This document shows, piece after piece, positions 1 to 9,892 of a stretch of DNA of 64,000 nt; position 1 is the first letter of the stretch; each line of letters starts with the position of its first letter. The notes below the pieces were generated by a model. That model was not told where the DNA came from, searched no databases, and was given only the letters and a program-made list of their open reading frames with translations. The stretch is from assembly GCA_017480385.1 (NCBI GenBank), contig JAFVAT010000005.1, positions 85,205-149,204 of the forward strand, in the 5' to 3' direction. The position numbers and the translations under genes were made by a program. Source of the DNA: Alphaproteobacteria bacterium. Lineage in GTDB: Bacteria; Pseudomonadota; Alphaproteobacteria; CAAGCB01; CAG-977.

Positions 1-324
1 TTCATCATCGGCGTTGCGTGATGCGCGTCAATCGCCGCCTGATTTTCCCAAGCGTCGATCAGCAGAACGGTTTCGGGATCGTTCGCCGGATAGAAGTATT
101 CGTAACGCAGGTTGCCCTTTTCGGCGCGGATTTTCGCCGCCGTGCCGCTTGCTTCCATTTCTTCGGCGAATTTGCGGGCATTGCCGTTTTCGCCCGTGTA
201 ATAAATATTAACCGTCAGGCTCATCGTTTTATTTTCCGCCTCCTTTTTCTCAAGCCATTTCGCCGTTCCCAAAAGAATCAGCGCGGCAAGTAAAAGACTT
301 GCTTTGATTGCTCTCATCTCATAC

Positions 325-1251
325 TCATTTCAGATATTTTTTCAAAAACGCCTTCATCAGCGCGGCAATTTCCCGATGATGAGATTCGAGCGCGAAATGC
401 CCGCTGTTCACAAAGCGGATTTCCGCATCCGGCAAGTCTTTTTTGAACGCTTCGGCACCCGCCGGAATGAAAGACGGATCGTTTTTTCCCCATACGGCAA
501 GCAAAGGCGGCTGATGATCGCGCATATATTTTTGAAATTCGGGATAAAGCGCCACATTCGAGCGATAATCCAGAATCAAATCGTTCTGCATTTCCGCCCG
601 TTCGGGCATTTGCACATAAGCGTAGTCCAACGTGTAACCGTCGGGGCCGACGCTGTTTTCCGGCGTGCCGAACGTGTATTGTCCGATAATGGTGTCAAGC
701 GCGTATGCCGAAGCGTATTGTTTGCGCAATTCGGGGGTCGGCTTTTTCCAGTATTCTTTCCGCGCTTCCCACTTTTTGCCCAAGCCTTCTTCATAGGCGT
801 TTCCGTTTTGAGAAACAATCGCCGTAATGCGTTCGGGGTGCCACATCGCCAGACGGAACCCGACCGGAGCGCCATAGTCGAACAGATACATCGCGTATCG
901 CTTCAATCCGAGCTTTTCCGTGAAAGCGTCAACCGTTTTTGCCAGATTGTCGAACGTGTAAGCGAACTTATCCCTTGAAGGCGCCTCCGTTTGGCCGAAG
1001 GACGGAAAATCGGGCGCAATCAGATGATATTCGTCCGCCAGTTCCGGCATCAGTTCCCGAAACATATGACTTGCGCTCGGAAACCCGTGCAGAAGCAGAA
1101 TCGCCGGTTTATCGGGATTTCCCGCTTCACGGTAAAAAACGCGGACACCGTTTGCATCAACCGTTTTATACCGCACCTGTCTTTCTTCCGCCCGCACTAT
1201 TGTCGTCATCAGCATAAAAATCCCGAACAAAAGAATAAGTCTTTTCAGCAT
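325..1251 (-). CDS. alpha/beta hydrolase (epoxide hydrolase/haloalkane dehalogenase-like), N-terminal signal peptide
   Basis: 308-aa ORF; hydrophobic N-terminus then 'LLLHGFPSASHMFRELMPEL...APDFPSFG' (HG oxyanion motif of alpha/beta hydrolase fold). Confidence 0.7.
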   Translation of the reverse strand: MLKRLILLFGIFMLMTTIVRAEERQVRYKTVDANGVRVFYREAGNPDKPAILLLHGFPSASHMFRELMPELADEYHLIAPDFPSFGQTEAPSRDKFAYTFDNLAKTVDAFTEKLGLKRYAMYLFDYGAPVGFRLAMWHPERITAIVSQNGNAYEEGLGKKWEARKEYWKKPTPELRKQYASAYALDTIIGQYTFGTPENSVGPDGYTLDYAYVQMPERAEMQNDLILDYRSNVALYPEFQKYMRDHQPPLLAVWGKNDPSFIPAGAEAFKKDLPDAEIRFVNSGHFALESHHREIAALMKAFLKKYLK

Positions 1252-1257
1252 GTTAAC

Positions 1258-2295
1258 TCAAGCTTCGTCCAAATCGACCAAAACATACTTGTCGCTTCCC
1301 ATGCCGAGCTCCCTCATATAGGAAAGCTGGCGCAGGCCGTGACGCGTTTCAATGCGTTCGCGCAGTTCCTTGCTTTTTTCGTTCAGCCGGTACACCAAAT
1401 CGACGGAAGCCTGATCAACCGCCAGAATATCATCGCTTGCCAGAATGCCGATATCGGGCGTCACAACCGGTTCGGCGTGAATCCCTTCGCAGTCGCAGCT
1501 GACGGACATATTCCGCAGCACGTTAACAAACGTAATGTTTTTGCCGAAATGATCGACCGTCGCTTTAGTCGATTCCGTCATGCGTTCCATGAACTCGTCC
1601 TGAGAAATGCTCCATTGTCCCTGCCCCGGATACGTATGAATCATCGCCTTGCCGATTCGCCCGTCCGCCATGCCGATCCCGATGTTTTTATTGGAACCGC
1701 CGAAGCCGCCCATTGTATGGCCCTTAAAATGCGTTAAAACCAATAGGGAATCGTATCTGTCCGCATGAGAACCAACGGACATTTCCTTGAAATATTTCCC
1801 GCCGGCAACCGGCCACATCCGCGTGCCTTCTTCGTCCATAATATCGACCGGCGCGAATGTCCAGCCGTTGACCTTTAACGTTTCCCGATGCTGTTCGGTC
1901 GTATAGCGGTCGCCTTCGTAATAGGTGTTCGTTTCAACGATTGTCGCGTCCGGAATATCGCTTTCAATCAGCTGTTTGACCCAGGCGGCGGGAATGATAT
2001 TCGGACCGTTTTTTTCTCCGGTATGCAGTTTGACAGCAATTTTGCCCTGCATATTCTGATTTACTTTCCGGTAAATCTTCTTCAATCCTTCGGGGCTTAA
2101 ATCCCGCGTAAAGTAAACGGTCGAAGCTTTGCCCTGCCGTTCTTCAACGGGAATATTAACCGAACTGCCCAAAGGTTCCGCCGCTTTTGCCATATCCTTT
2201 TCCATTTTTAATCCTTTCGCCAACGCCGCCTTGCCAAACGCGGTCAAAGCGACCGCCGCGCCCGTCAAACCTTTTACAAAATCGCGTCTGTTCAT
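1258..2295 (-). CDS. DUF362-domain protein with twin-arginine (TAT) signal
   Basis: 345-aa ORF; N-terminus 'MNRRDFVKGLTGAAVALTAF' is a TAT motif; 'CDCEGIHAEP' Cys motif; 7 nt downstream of the next gene. Confidence 0.55.
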   Translation of the reverse strand: MNRRDFVKGLTGAAVALTAFGKAALAKGLKMEKDMAKAAEPLGSSVNIPVEERQGKASTVYFTRDLSPEGLKKIYRKVNQNMQGKIAVKLHTGEKNGPNIIPAAWVKQLIESDIPDATIVETNTYYEGDRYTTEQHRETLKVNGWTFAPVDIMDEEGTRMWPVAGGKYFKEMSVGSHADRYDSLLVLTHFKGHTMGGFGGSNKNIGIGMADGRIGKAMIHTYPGQGQWSISQDEFMERMTESTKATVDHFGKNITFVNVLRNMSVSCDCEGIHAEPVVTPDIGILASDDILAVDQASVDLVYRLNEKSKELRERIETRHGLRQLSYMRELGMGSDKYVLVDLDEA

Positions 2296-2316
2296 CTTAT
2301 CCCTCTTCCAACGAAA

Positions 2317-2877
2317 TCACAATTGTTCCGCCGCCCATTTTTTCAGGTCTTCCGCAGAAACGCCGGCAGGAAAACGCTTGCCTTCAAGAACTTTCGCTTT
2401 CGGTGCCAAAGCCTGCATATTCTTGCCCGATTCACCGATCGGACTGACGCCGGAAGTCGCAAATGGAACAACCGTTTTGCCTGAAAAATCATACGCTTCC
2501 ATAAACGTGTCGATAATGGAGGGTTCTCTGTACCACCAGATCGGGAAGCCGACGAAAACGACATCGTATTGCGCTATGTTTTCGACTTTGGAAGCAATCG
2601 CCGGACGGCTGTTTCTGTCGTTCATTTCAACCGTGCTCCGGCTTTGCTTGTCCGTCCAGTCCAGATCCGCGTCCGTATAAACCTGCGCCGGTTTGATTTC
2701 AAACAAATCCGCGCCGACCGCTTCGGATAATCTGTTTGCCACGCCCGCCGTCACGCCGCTGGCGCTGAAATACGCGACCAGCATTTTTTTACCGCTCATA
2801 TTTGTTTCCTCCGCTTTTGTCTGAAAAGGCGTTAAAAAGGTTAAAACCGTTAAAAACGCCGATAAAAGTTTTTTCAT
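2317..2877 (-). CDS. exported flavodoxin-like protein
   Basis: 186-aa ORF; Sec-type signal 'MKKLLSAFLTVLTFLTPFQTKAEE' followed by flavodoxin-like 'KMLVAYFSASGVTAGVA...FVGFPIWW'. Confidence 0.6.
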   Translation of the reverse strand: MKKLLSAFLTVLTFLTPFQTKAEETNMSGKKMLVAYFSASGVTAGVANRLSEAVGADLFEIKPAQVYTDADLDWTDKQSRSTVEMNDRNSRPAIASKVENIAQYDVVFVGFPIWWYREPSIIDTFMEAYDFSGKTVVPFATSGVSPIGESGKNMQALAPKAKVLEGKRFPAGVSAEDLKKWAAEQL

Positions 2878-3506
2878 TAAACCGCTCCTATATTTTTGCC
2901 TAATTCATAGGCCTGTTGAGGATACTTTGTTTTGTTCACCGCTCCGACCGGCCAGACGCCCGAAGCGATCACCCGCCCCGCGTCCGTCCAGCCCAAATAG
3001 TTCAACAACGTTTCGTAATGCGAAATAATCGGCTGCGCTTCTTTGGCCGCCGTATCCGCGTACGTCATCAACAAAACGGCCTTTTTCGGGCGGTGAATCC
3101 GTCCGTTGATCGCGTAAAAGCGGTCGATTACGGTTTTTAACTGCGCCGAAATGCCGAAATAATACATCGGCGTAACAAATGCGACCGCATCGGCGTCAAC
3201 AATATGTTCGCGCACAAAATTGAAATCGTCGCTAAAGACGCACGGCCCGTCCATACCGCAATGATTGCAGGCGATACACGGGTGAACCTTTTTAAACGCC
3301 GCGTCAAAACGTTCGATATGATGACCGGCCTCTTCAGCGCCCTTGATAAAATTATCCGCCAAAGTCGCCGAATTGCCGTTTTTCCTCGGACTGCCCGTCA
3401 GAACCAGTATTTTCATTTGCTTTTCTCCGCCCGCTTTTAAAGCCTTCGGCAACATCGCCAACGCCCCCGCCGCCAAAGTGCCTTTGATAAAATCGCGCCT
3501 GTTCAT
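2877..3506 (-). CDS. NADPH-dependent FMN reductase / iron-sulfur flavoprotein family, TAT signal
   Basis: 209-aa ORF; 'MNRRDFIKGTLAAGALAML' TAT signal; 'KILVLTGSPRKNGNSATLAD' flavodoxin-like NADPH-FMN-reductase fold; start overlaps stop of flavodoxin gene (ATGA). Confidence 0.6.
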   Translation of the reverse strand: MNRRDFIKGTLAAGALAMLPKALKAGGEKQMKILVLTGSPRKNGNSATLADNFIKGAEEAGHHIERFDAAFKKVHPCIACNHCGMDGPCVFSDDFNFVREHIVDADAVAFVTPMYYFGISAQLKTVIDRFYAINGRIHRPKKAVLLMTYADTAAKEAQPIISHYETLLNYLGWTDAGRVIASGVWPVGAVNKTKYPQQAYELGKNIGAV

Positions 3507-3543
3507 TATTCCCCCGCTTTCAAACGACCCTTTATCTTCGCAT

Positions 3544-3566
3544 TTAAAGTCAGCTTTAAGTCAAGA
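3544..3566 (-). promoter_or_regulatory. palindromic operator-like motif TTAAAGtcagCTTTAAGTCAAG overlapping a CTTGAC -35-like box, 38-60 nt upstream of the flavoprotein operon start
   Basis: Perfect 6-4-6 inverted repeat TTAAAG/CTTTAA; near-identical copy at 10954-10975. Confidence 0.5.
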
Positions 3567-4814
3567 AAAAAGTTCAAAAACGGCGTTCAGCCTTTTCCGC
3601 CTCAGCATATCGCCGCGTTTTTCGGGCAAAGTCGCGGCTATTTCTTCCGCACTCAGCCGGATTGCCGCCGATTGTTTATAAACAGCGGAAACAAGGTTCA
3701 AAGCGCCCGCGAAATTCTTTTTCCATTCATTATCTGCGCGGTTGCAATATCTGTCCGCCAGACAGGCGATCAGGAACAATTCCGGTTTGTTTTCCGTCTG
3801 CTTGTAAATATCCCAAATAAAGTCGAATTTTTTGGCTTTTCTCATTTCGGAAAAATGATGAAAGCGCATATGGTTTTCGCAGACGAACCGGCACAGCTTC
3901 GCCGTAAAGGACGGCAGTTTCAGCCGCGCGCAAAAATCCATCCTCAACAGCTCCGCGCCCAGTTTGTCATGCCCGATGTGACGGGGGAATTCCGCCGGAT
4001 CGGTCAGCGGCTTGCCGATGTCGTGCAGTAAAACCGCCCAGTAAAGCGATTGCCTGGCCTGTTTGTTTAAATTGAAAAAGTCAACGTTCCTGTCCAGCCA
4101 TTTCAGCGCGCTGACGACGTGGCCGCCCGTGTTGCCTTCGGGGTGGTATTGCGGCTTTTCGGGACAGGAAAAAAGCATTTCCAAAGCGGGACAATAGGCC
4201 TCCAATGCTTTTAAAGCGTGCAAATTTTCGACAAACGCCCCGCCCGATTTCGCATCAAAGGCCTTGATAAATTCGGCGTAAAACCGTTCCGCCGGCAAAG
4301 AGGAAAGATCGCCTGATTCAGCCAAATGCACACATTCCGTCCGCGTCCGTTCCGTCAAGGTAAAGCCGAGCGTCGCCGCAAACCGCGCCGCCCGAACCGC
4401 GCGCAAAGGGTCTTCGCCGAAATGAGCCGGATCGACAACCTCCAATTCGCGGCGTTCCAAATCCTGCAAAGCCCGTTCGCTTACCCCCGTTTTGACAAGA
4501 TTTTCCGCTTCGTCCATAACAAGGCAATTCACGGTAAAATCGCGGCGCAACAAGTCTTCGTCAAGCGTTACGTCTTTGGAAAAGTCGAACGCAAACCCCC
4601 GATGACCTTTGCCCGTTTTGATGTCTTTGCGGGCTAGGGCGTGTTCCTCTTTGGTGTCGGGGTGCAGGAAAACGGGAAAGCCCGCCCCGACGCGCTGAAA
4701 TCCGACGGCCAGCATTTCCGCTTCGGTCGCGCCGACAACGACCCAATCCTTGTCTTCGGGCGCTTTTCCCAACAGCTTGTCCCTGACATATCCGCCGACA
4801 ATATAGCGTTTCAT
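3561..4814 (-). CDS. cca: CCA tRNA nucleotidyltransferase (poly(A) polymerase head + HD domain)
   Basis: 417 aa; 'YIVGGYVRDKLLG' nucleotidyltransferase head, 'RDFTVNCLVMD', HD motif 'LLHDIGK'. Confidence 0.8.
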   Translation of the reverse strand: MKRYIVGGYVRDKLLGKAPEDKDWVVVGATEAEMLAVGFQRVGAGFPVFLHPDTKEEHALARKDIKTGKGHRGFAFDFSKDVTLDEDLLRRDFTVNCLVMDEAENLVKTGVSERALQDLERRELEVVDPAHFGEDPLRAVRAARFAATLGFTLTERTRTECVHLAESGDLSSLPAERFYAEFIKAFDAKSGGAFVENLHALKALEAYCPALEMLFSCPEKPQYHPEGNTGGHVVSALKWLDRNVDFFNLNKQARQSLYWAVLLHDIGKPLTDPAEFPRHIGHDKLGAELLRMDFCARLKLPSFTAKLCRFVCENHMRFHHFSEMRKAKKFDFIWDIYKQTENKPELFLIACLADRYCNRADNEWKKNFAGALNLVSAVYKQSAAIRLSAEEIAATLPEKRGDMLRRKRLNAVFELFS

Positions 4815-5323
4815 TGGCTTTGCTTTTTCAAAAAGTCCAGAACAACCTGCGCCGTTTGTTCCGGCGTTTGATCACCGTTATCAATGATTAAATCCGAAAA
4901 ATCGGGATCATGACAGTGTTCTTCGTACATCTGCCGGATACGGGAAAGTTCCCATTCGGTCAGCTCCCGCGTTCCCCTGTTCATCAGGCATTTTTCCAAA
5001 GACGGCGATAACGTAATATTAAAAAAGTGCGTCTGCCCGTCTTCGTAACTTTTCCAGCGTTCGTAATTTTTCCGTACGATCGGATAGGCAAAGATCAAAA
5101 AGCGGCAAGAGTTGTCCGCCTTTTTTTGCCAAATAATCTGTTCCAGCCGGTCGACGCGTTCCCGCCAGCCGTCTTCCATTGACAACCCGAGCCGATCTTC
5201 CTCCTCATCGGACAAAAGATCGTCCACTTCAATAAACGACGCGTCAGGCAGGCTTTTGACCAAAAGCTTTGAAACGGTCGTCTTGCCCGCATTGATCGGG
5301 CCGTTGATGTTTAAAATAAGCAT
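4811..5323 (-). CDS. small P-loop NTPase/kinase-like protein
   Basis: 170 aa; Walker A 'NGPINAGKTT'; 4-nt overlap with cca start. Confidence 0.5.
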   Translation of the reverse strand: MLILNINGPINAGKTTVSKLLVKSLPDASFIEVDDLLSDEEEDRLGLSMEDGWRERVDRLEQIIWQKKADNSCRFLIFAYPIVRKNYERWKSYEDGQTHFFNITLSPSLEKCLMNRGTRELTEWELSRIRQMYEEHCHDPDFSDLIIDNGDQTPEQTAQVVLDFLKKQSQ

Positions 5324-5505
5324 TTTACAAGGTTACAAAAAAATCCGGCATAAATCAACACGGCGCAAAACCGCTTCATTTCACTTCCCGCGGTAAAAGC
5401 TTATACCGCTCCGCCGAACCCGCCCCGTTTGACAACCAGCACGACAGAACGTCCCAGATACGGTCAACAAAAAAGAAGCGTTAAAAAATCCCTCTTTTTG
5501 TAAAA

Positions 5506-6096
5506 TTATTCTTCCTTTTGCCAGACATTGATAACTTCCCCGATATACATCACATGAGGACTGATTTTGATTTTTTCATACAGTTCCGTCGCTTTATCGT
5601 CCAACAGTTCTTTTTGGAAAGGAATTTTGTAAATCGTTTTGCATTCGATTGCCAGATTCCCTTCTTTAAAAACAGGATTGCCGAGTTCCGTAAATTCCGG
5701 TGTCAAGCCGGCGGCTTTCAGCTTGTCACCGTCGCGTCCCGAATGTGACCCTATATACGCCAAAGCTTTCCGTTGCTCCTTGGGAAAACCAACAACGGTA
5801 AAGTATTCGTTTCTATCCATAAAGTCATTCGTGTAACGTTCGGGTGCGACATAAACGGTTACAACCGGTCTTTTCCATAAAACGCCGATGCTTCCCCAAC
5901 CGATCGTCATCGCGTTCATCTTGTCTTTATTGCCGGACGCCAGAGCCGCCCAATCTTTCTGAAACAGAGTGACGGGATTTTTAACGTCCGCCAAAGAAAT
6001 TTTTTTCCACCTCTCCTCCATTACCGATTTGCCGTCTTCGGCATACGCGGCGGAAGAAAACATCAAAAGTGTTATTATCAGAAAATTCAGCATCAT
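5506..6096 (-). CDS. exported flavin-reductase-like (FMN-binding split-barrel) protein, paralog A
   Basis: 196 aa; signal peptide 'MMLNFLIITLLMFSSAAYA'; ~80% aa identity to ORF 9299..9883. Confidence 0.6.
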   Translation of the reverse strand: MMLNFLIITLLMFSSAAYAEDGKSVMEERWKKISLADVKNPVTLFQKDWAALASGNKDKMNAMTIGWGSIGVLWKRPVVTVYVAPERYTNDFMDRNEYFTVVGFPKEQRKALAYIGSHSGRDGDKLKAAGLTPEFTELGNPVFKEGNLAIECKTIYKIPFQKELLDDKATELYEKIKISPHVMYIGEVINVWQKEE

Positions 6097-6105
6097 AGCC
6101 GTTCC

Positions 6106-7062
6106 TTACAATTTTTCATTAAAGAATTTTGTCAGCTTGTCCGCAATCTGTTCAACGTATTCCGGCACAAAGTATGTCTGAATATGCGTTGCGCCTTTGA
6201 TTTTGAACAATTCCTTGTCCTTTGTTCCGGTCGCTTTGGCAAAGGCGTCCTCGGTCATGTACAGAGAATCCGCCTTTTCGCCGGCAATCATCAATAAAGG
6301 CTGATTGATCAGCTCGATCTGATCGGTCGCGTCCCACGTCATCAGCTCCATCAGACTGCTTTCCGTATATTCAAACGTGGAATTCGGATGAGCATATGTC
6401 CGCATATAATATTGAAAGCCCTCGCGGTACAAATCAAACGGCAGTTTGGCGGCCTGTTCGTCTGTAACGCCCGCCATGGAACCGACCAGCCTTCAATCGT
6501 CCGATTGGGCGGTTTTCAGCGTGTACTCGCCGCCGCCGCAAATGCCCGGTATTCCGATCCGGTCGGCATCAACACCGGCGAATGTCGATATGTAATCAAT
6601 CATACCGTGAATGGATTCTTCCCGCAAAGTCGGTTTGTCGGTATGCCTCGGTTCGCCTTCGGACGCCCCCTGATAAGCCGCGTCCGCCGCAATCGTGATA
6701 TAGCCCTGTTCCGCCAGTTTTTGCGCGTAAAATCCAGCAACTTGTTCTTTCACGCCGCCGTTCAGATGCGCCACCGCGATCGCCGGATATTTTTTGTCCT
6801 TGTCGTAATTCGCGGGCAAGTAAACGTTCGCGGCGATTTTCAATCCATTCTGCATATACGTTACGGGCTTGATATTGACTTGCCCCGCGACGTTTTGAGC
6901 TATCGCCCCGTCATAAACCAGCCCGAACGGATTGCCCGCCGTCGAAACGCAGCCGCCGGATAAAAGAGCTGCTCCTATCACTGTCATTTTCAAAAATCCT
7001 TTCATTGCGTGTTTCCTTATTTCACCACTTTTTTCCAGAATTGAACGGCTTTGTCCGTCCAA
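6106..7062 (-). pseudogene. dienelactone-hydrolase-family lipoprotein interrupted by a single in-frame TGA (6493-6495)
   Basis: ORFs 6493..7062 and 6106..6477 are in the same frame, separated only by TGA plus 5 sense codons; lipoprotein signal 'MKGFLKMTVIGAALLSGGC'; Cys-nucleophile motif 'GICGGG'; likely start at 7005 or 6987. Confidence 0.45.
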
Positions 7063-7949
7063 CCCTCGGCGTTTGTCCCTGTGCCAAGACCGAATCCGTG
7101 TCCCACATTCGGATACAAATGAAAATCCGTTTCAACTCCCATTTTGTTCAACCGCTCGGATTGTCTTTGCATTCCGCGCGGATCGGCAATGCCGTCATAT
7201 TCGCCGACCGCCATAAAGACCGGAACGGTTTCGGGCGTGTAATCGCTGTGTCCGGTATAATTAACCACGACCATTGCCGGCTTCGGCAAGTCCGCCCCGC
7301 CGAACGCTTTTGCGCCATAAGTGCCGATATAAGCCGCCATGCGCGCGCCGGCGGAATCCCCCCAAACAGAATAGTTTTCCGTTGAAACTTCAAGCTTTTT
7401 ATGATGTTCAAAAATATATGTCAGAGCGTTGGCTAAATCCTCAACCGCCCAATTAGCCGAACCGCCCCGATATTTCAGCACAAAAGCGTTATAGCCCTTT
7501 TTGCTTAAATCCAACGCGATCGGAAACCCGCCGTGAAGGCTTCCGACATAAACAAATCCGCCGCCGGGACAAATGACGGCGAACGGCGCATCAGGCTTTC
7601 CTTTAAAGAAAAACAAGCCGGTATGTTTCTGTCTGTCATCGCCGTCAGGATAAAAGTTGTAAAACGTCCGATGCGTTTTAAGGTAATTCAGCCCCTTGAG
7701 CACGTCATTCATTCTGATTTCGGAAAGCCACGGCAGAATACTGCCTATGTTTTTGATTTGAGTCTCCGGCGGGTTGCGGCTTATCTCGTCCCACGGCAGG
7801 ATTTTATCGGCATAGCCTTTAAATTCCGGCGCGTTCAAGATGTCCCGAATCGTGCTGTTTTCATCAAACATTTTGATTTCCTCAGCCGCCGCTGATCCGA
7901 TTGCGCTTAATAGTGTCAATAAACAAAATCCCCAAAACCGCATTGCCAT
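7017..7949 (-). CDS. alpha/beta hydrolase fold-3 esterase/lipase (GDSAG motif), signal peptide
   Basis: 310 aa; 'MAMRFWGFCLLTLLSAIGSAAA' signal; 'HGGGF', 'GDSAGARMAAY' hormone-sensitive-lipase-family motifs. Confidence 0.7.
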   Translation of the reverse strand: MAMRFWGFCLLTLLSAIGSAAAEEIKMFDENSTIRDILNAPEFKGYADKILPWDEISRNPPETQIKNIGSILPWLSEIRMNDVLKGLNYLKTHRTFYNFYPDGDDRQKHTGLFFFKGKPDAPFAVICPGGGFVYVGSLHGGFPIALDLSKKGYNAFVLKYRGGSANWAVEDLANALTYIFEHHKKLEVSTENYSVWGDSAGARMAAYIGTYGAKAFGGADLPKPAMVVVNYTGHSDYTPETVPVFMAVGEYDGIADPRGMQRQSERLNKMGVETDFHLYPNVGHGFGLGTGTNAEGWTDKAVQFWKKVVK

Positions 7950-7967
7950 ATTCGCACATCATTCCCA

Positions 7968-8585
7968 TCACTGTTTATCCTTTTCGCCCGAATAATTTTG
8001 CAGAACAGGCCCGACGACCGTATCAAAGAAACGGTCGCTCCACCGGCTTGGCACAAAAACGCCGTCCGACATACACCAGCAGGTCATCATGCCGTAAAGT
8101 TCGGAAATAATGATCTGCGTTAAAAGATCAACAGGCGTGTTTGCGTTCAGCTCATTTTTCCGGACGGCCTGTTCCAAGATGCTTTTTAACATATCGACAT
8201 CAAACCGCCATTTGGCGTTATCCATATTTTCCGGCGCCTTGCCCGGATCGATCACGCCGCGTATCCATTCACGGCAAATGTTTATGCCGTAACGTTCGAC
8301 TTCCATATTAAATTGTTCAAAGTAATAGCGCATGCGTTCCGTGAACGGTTTGTTTTTCATGTTTTGCATATTCCGCTCTATCTTTTTGAACAGTCCGCGG
8401 CAAATTTCGTAACCGATATCTTCCTTATGCTTAAAGTGCGTATAAAAAGTGCCCTTCGCACAACCGCAGGCCTGCGTTATTTCTTCCACAAACAGATCGT
8501 CAAAGCTTTTTTTCTCCAACAGCTTAATCGTTGCCTCAATCAATTTTTGCTTTGTTTTAAGAGCGTTTTCCTGTCGTTTGGTCAT
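7968..8585 (-). CDS. TetR-family transcriptional regulator
   Basis: 205 aa; N-terminal HTH 'FVEEITQACGCAKGTFYTHFKHKEDI'. Confidence 0.8.
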   Translation of the reverse strand: MTKRQENALKTKQKLIEATIKLLEKKSFDDLFVEEITQACGCAKGTFYTHFKHKEDIGYEICRGLFKKIERNMQNMKNKPFTERMRYYFEQFNMEVERYGINICREWIRGVIDPGKAPENMDNAKWRFDVDMLKSILEQAVRKNELNANTPVDLLTQIIISELYGMMTCWCMSDGVFVPSRWSDRFFDTVVGPVLQNYSGEKDKQ

Positions 8586-8622
8586 TATTCTTTCTCCGTA
8601 TTTGATAAATATACGTTTTCAA

Positions 8623-8650
8623 TGACTCAGAGTCAATGACTTGAAGTCAT
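8623..8650. promoter_or_regulatory. tandem operator palindromes TGACTCaGAGTCA (8623-8635) and ATGACTTgAAGTCAT (8636-8650) upstream of tetR
   Basis: Two perfect inverted repeats 38-65 nt upstream of the tetR start codon. Confidence 0.55.
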
Positions 8651-8660
8651 CTTTATCAAA

Positions 8661-8701
8661 AACAACAAAAAAACCGGAGCAACGTTTTTAACATCGCTCC
8701 G
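8661..8701 (-). terminator. intrinsic terminator after flavin reductase gene
   Basis: Minus-strand hairpin CGGAGC(n15)GCTCCG followed by T-run. Confidence 0.5.
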
Positions 8702-8722
8702 ATCAATTTGAGGCTCGGAATC

Positions 8723-9286
8723 TTATTTTTTCAAAGCCAGTCCGTCATGGAAAGCCCGTCCGACCTTGTCGCCCAGAACGCGGTAAACGTGAGCCGCGCC
8801 GTCATAGGAAATCGGTCGAAGCTTGCCCAAATCGACGTTTCCTTTTTCGTCAAGAACGCTTTCGTCCGCCGCCATATTGACGACCCGTCCGACAACGCGG
8901 TAATCGCCGTCCTCTTCTTCCATTTCAATGACTTCGCATTCCAGAGTCAGCGGAAATTCCTCGATCACGGGCGCATCGACAAATTCGCTTTTCGTCACGT
9001 GAACGCCCGCTTTTTCGATTTTGTTGACGTTATTACCGCTTTCAACGCCGAAATAATCGGCAACCAGCATCGTTTCCGGCGTAGCAAATGACAAAGTGAA
9101 CGCCCGTTTCAGCATCAGATTGTCCGTTGTCTTGTGCGGCCCGAGCAAAAAAGTTACTTCGTGATAGCCGCACTGCGTCCCCCACGCGGCGTTCATCGCG
9201 TTCGGCACGTCGTTTTCGTCATACGTCGCGATAATAAATACGGGCAACGGCGCAACGACCGTCTTGTTTCCTAAATTCTTCTTCAT
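8723..9286 (-). CDS. flavin reductase-like domain protein (cytoplasmic)
   Basis: 187 aa; 'VVAPLPVFIIATYDENDVPNAMNAAWGT' is typical of the flavin reductase (DIM6/NTAB) family. Confidence 0.6.
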   Translation of the reverse strand: MKKNLGNKTVVAPLPVFIIATYDENDVPNAMNAAWGTQCGYHEVTFLLGPHKTTDNLMLKRAFTLSFATPETMLVADYFGVESGNNVNKIEKAGVHVTKSEFVDAPVIEEFPLTLECEVIEMEEEDGDYRVVGRVVNMAADESVLDEKGNVDLGKLRPISYDGAAHVYRVLGDKVGRAFHDGLALKK

Positions 9287-9298
9287 CGTTTTTTTCCT

Positions 9299-9883
9299 TT
9301 ATTTTTTCCGCCAAACGTTCACGACTTCACCGATATACGTCACGTGCGGACTGATTTTTATCCTTTGATATAAATCCTGCGCTTTGTCGTCCAACAGCTC
9401 TTTTTTAAACGGCTCTTTATAAATGATTTTGCATTCGATCGCCAGATTGCCCTCCTTAAAAACGGGATTGCCCAGTTCGGTGAATTCCGGCGTTAATCCG
9501 GCGGCTTTCAGCTTGTCGCCGTCCCGCCCCGAATGCGTTCCGATATAAGCCAGAGCCTCCCTTTTCGATTCGGGAAAGGCAACAACTGTAAAATAGTCGT
9601 TCCTGTCCATAAACTCGTTCGTATAGCGTTCCGGCGCAACATAAACCGTCACGATCGGCCTTTGCCACAAAACGCCGATCGTTCCCCAGCCGATAGTCAT
9701 CGCATTCATGCTGTCTTTGTTTCCCGCCGCCAAAGCCGCCCAATCCTTGTGAAACAAAGCCACCGGATTTTTAACGTCCTCAATTGAAATTTTCTGCCAT
9801 TCCGGTCCCATTTTCCGCTCCTGTGCCTGTGCTGTTCCCGATAAAACAAAAATCAGGAAAAACAAGAAATAAATCCGCTTCAT
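9299..9883 (-). CDS. exported flavin-reductase-like protein, paralog B
   Basis: 194 aa; signal 'MKRIYFLFFLIFVLSGTAQA'; ~80% identical to 5506..6096. Confidence 0.6.
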   Translation of the reverse strand: MKRIYFLFFLIFVLSGTAQAQERKMGPEWQKISIEDVKNPVALFHKDWAALAAGNKDSMNAMTIGWGTIGVLWQRPIVTVYVAPERYTNEFMDRNDYFTVVAFPESKREALAYIGTHSGRDGDKLKAAGLTPEFTELGNPVFKEGNLAIECKIIYKEPFKKELLDDKAQDLYQRIKISPHVTYIGEVVNVWRKK

Positions 9884-9892
9884 TGATTTTTC

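Noticed and set aside
304-1737. Long + strand ORFs (224 and 248 aa) antisense to the hydrolase and DUF362 genes
   Set aside because: These are shadow ORFs opposite genes with clear protein motifs, and their sequences are Arg-rich with no domain signatures.
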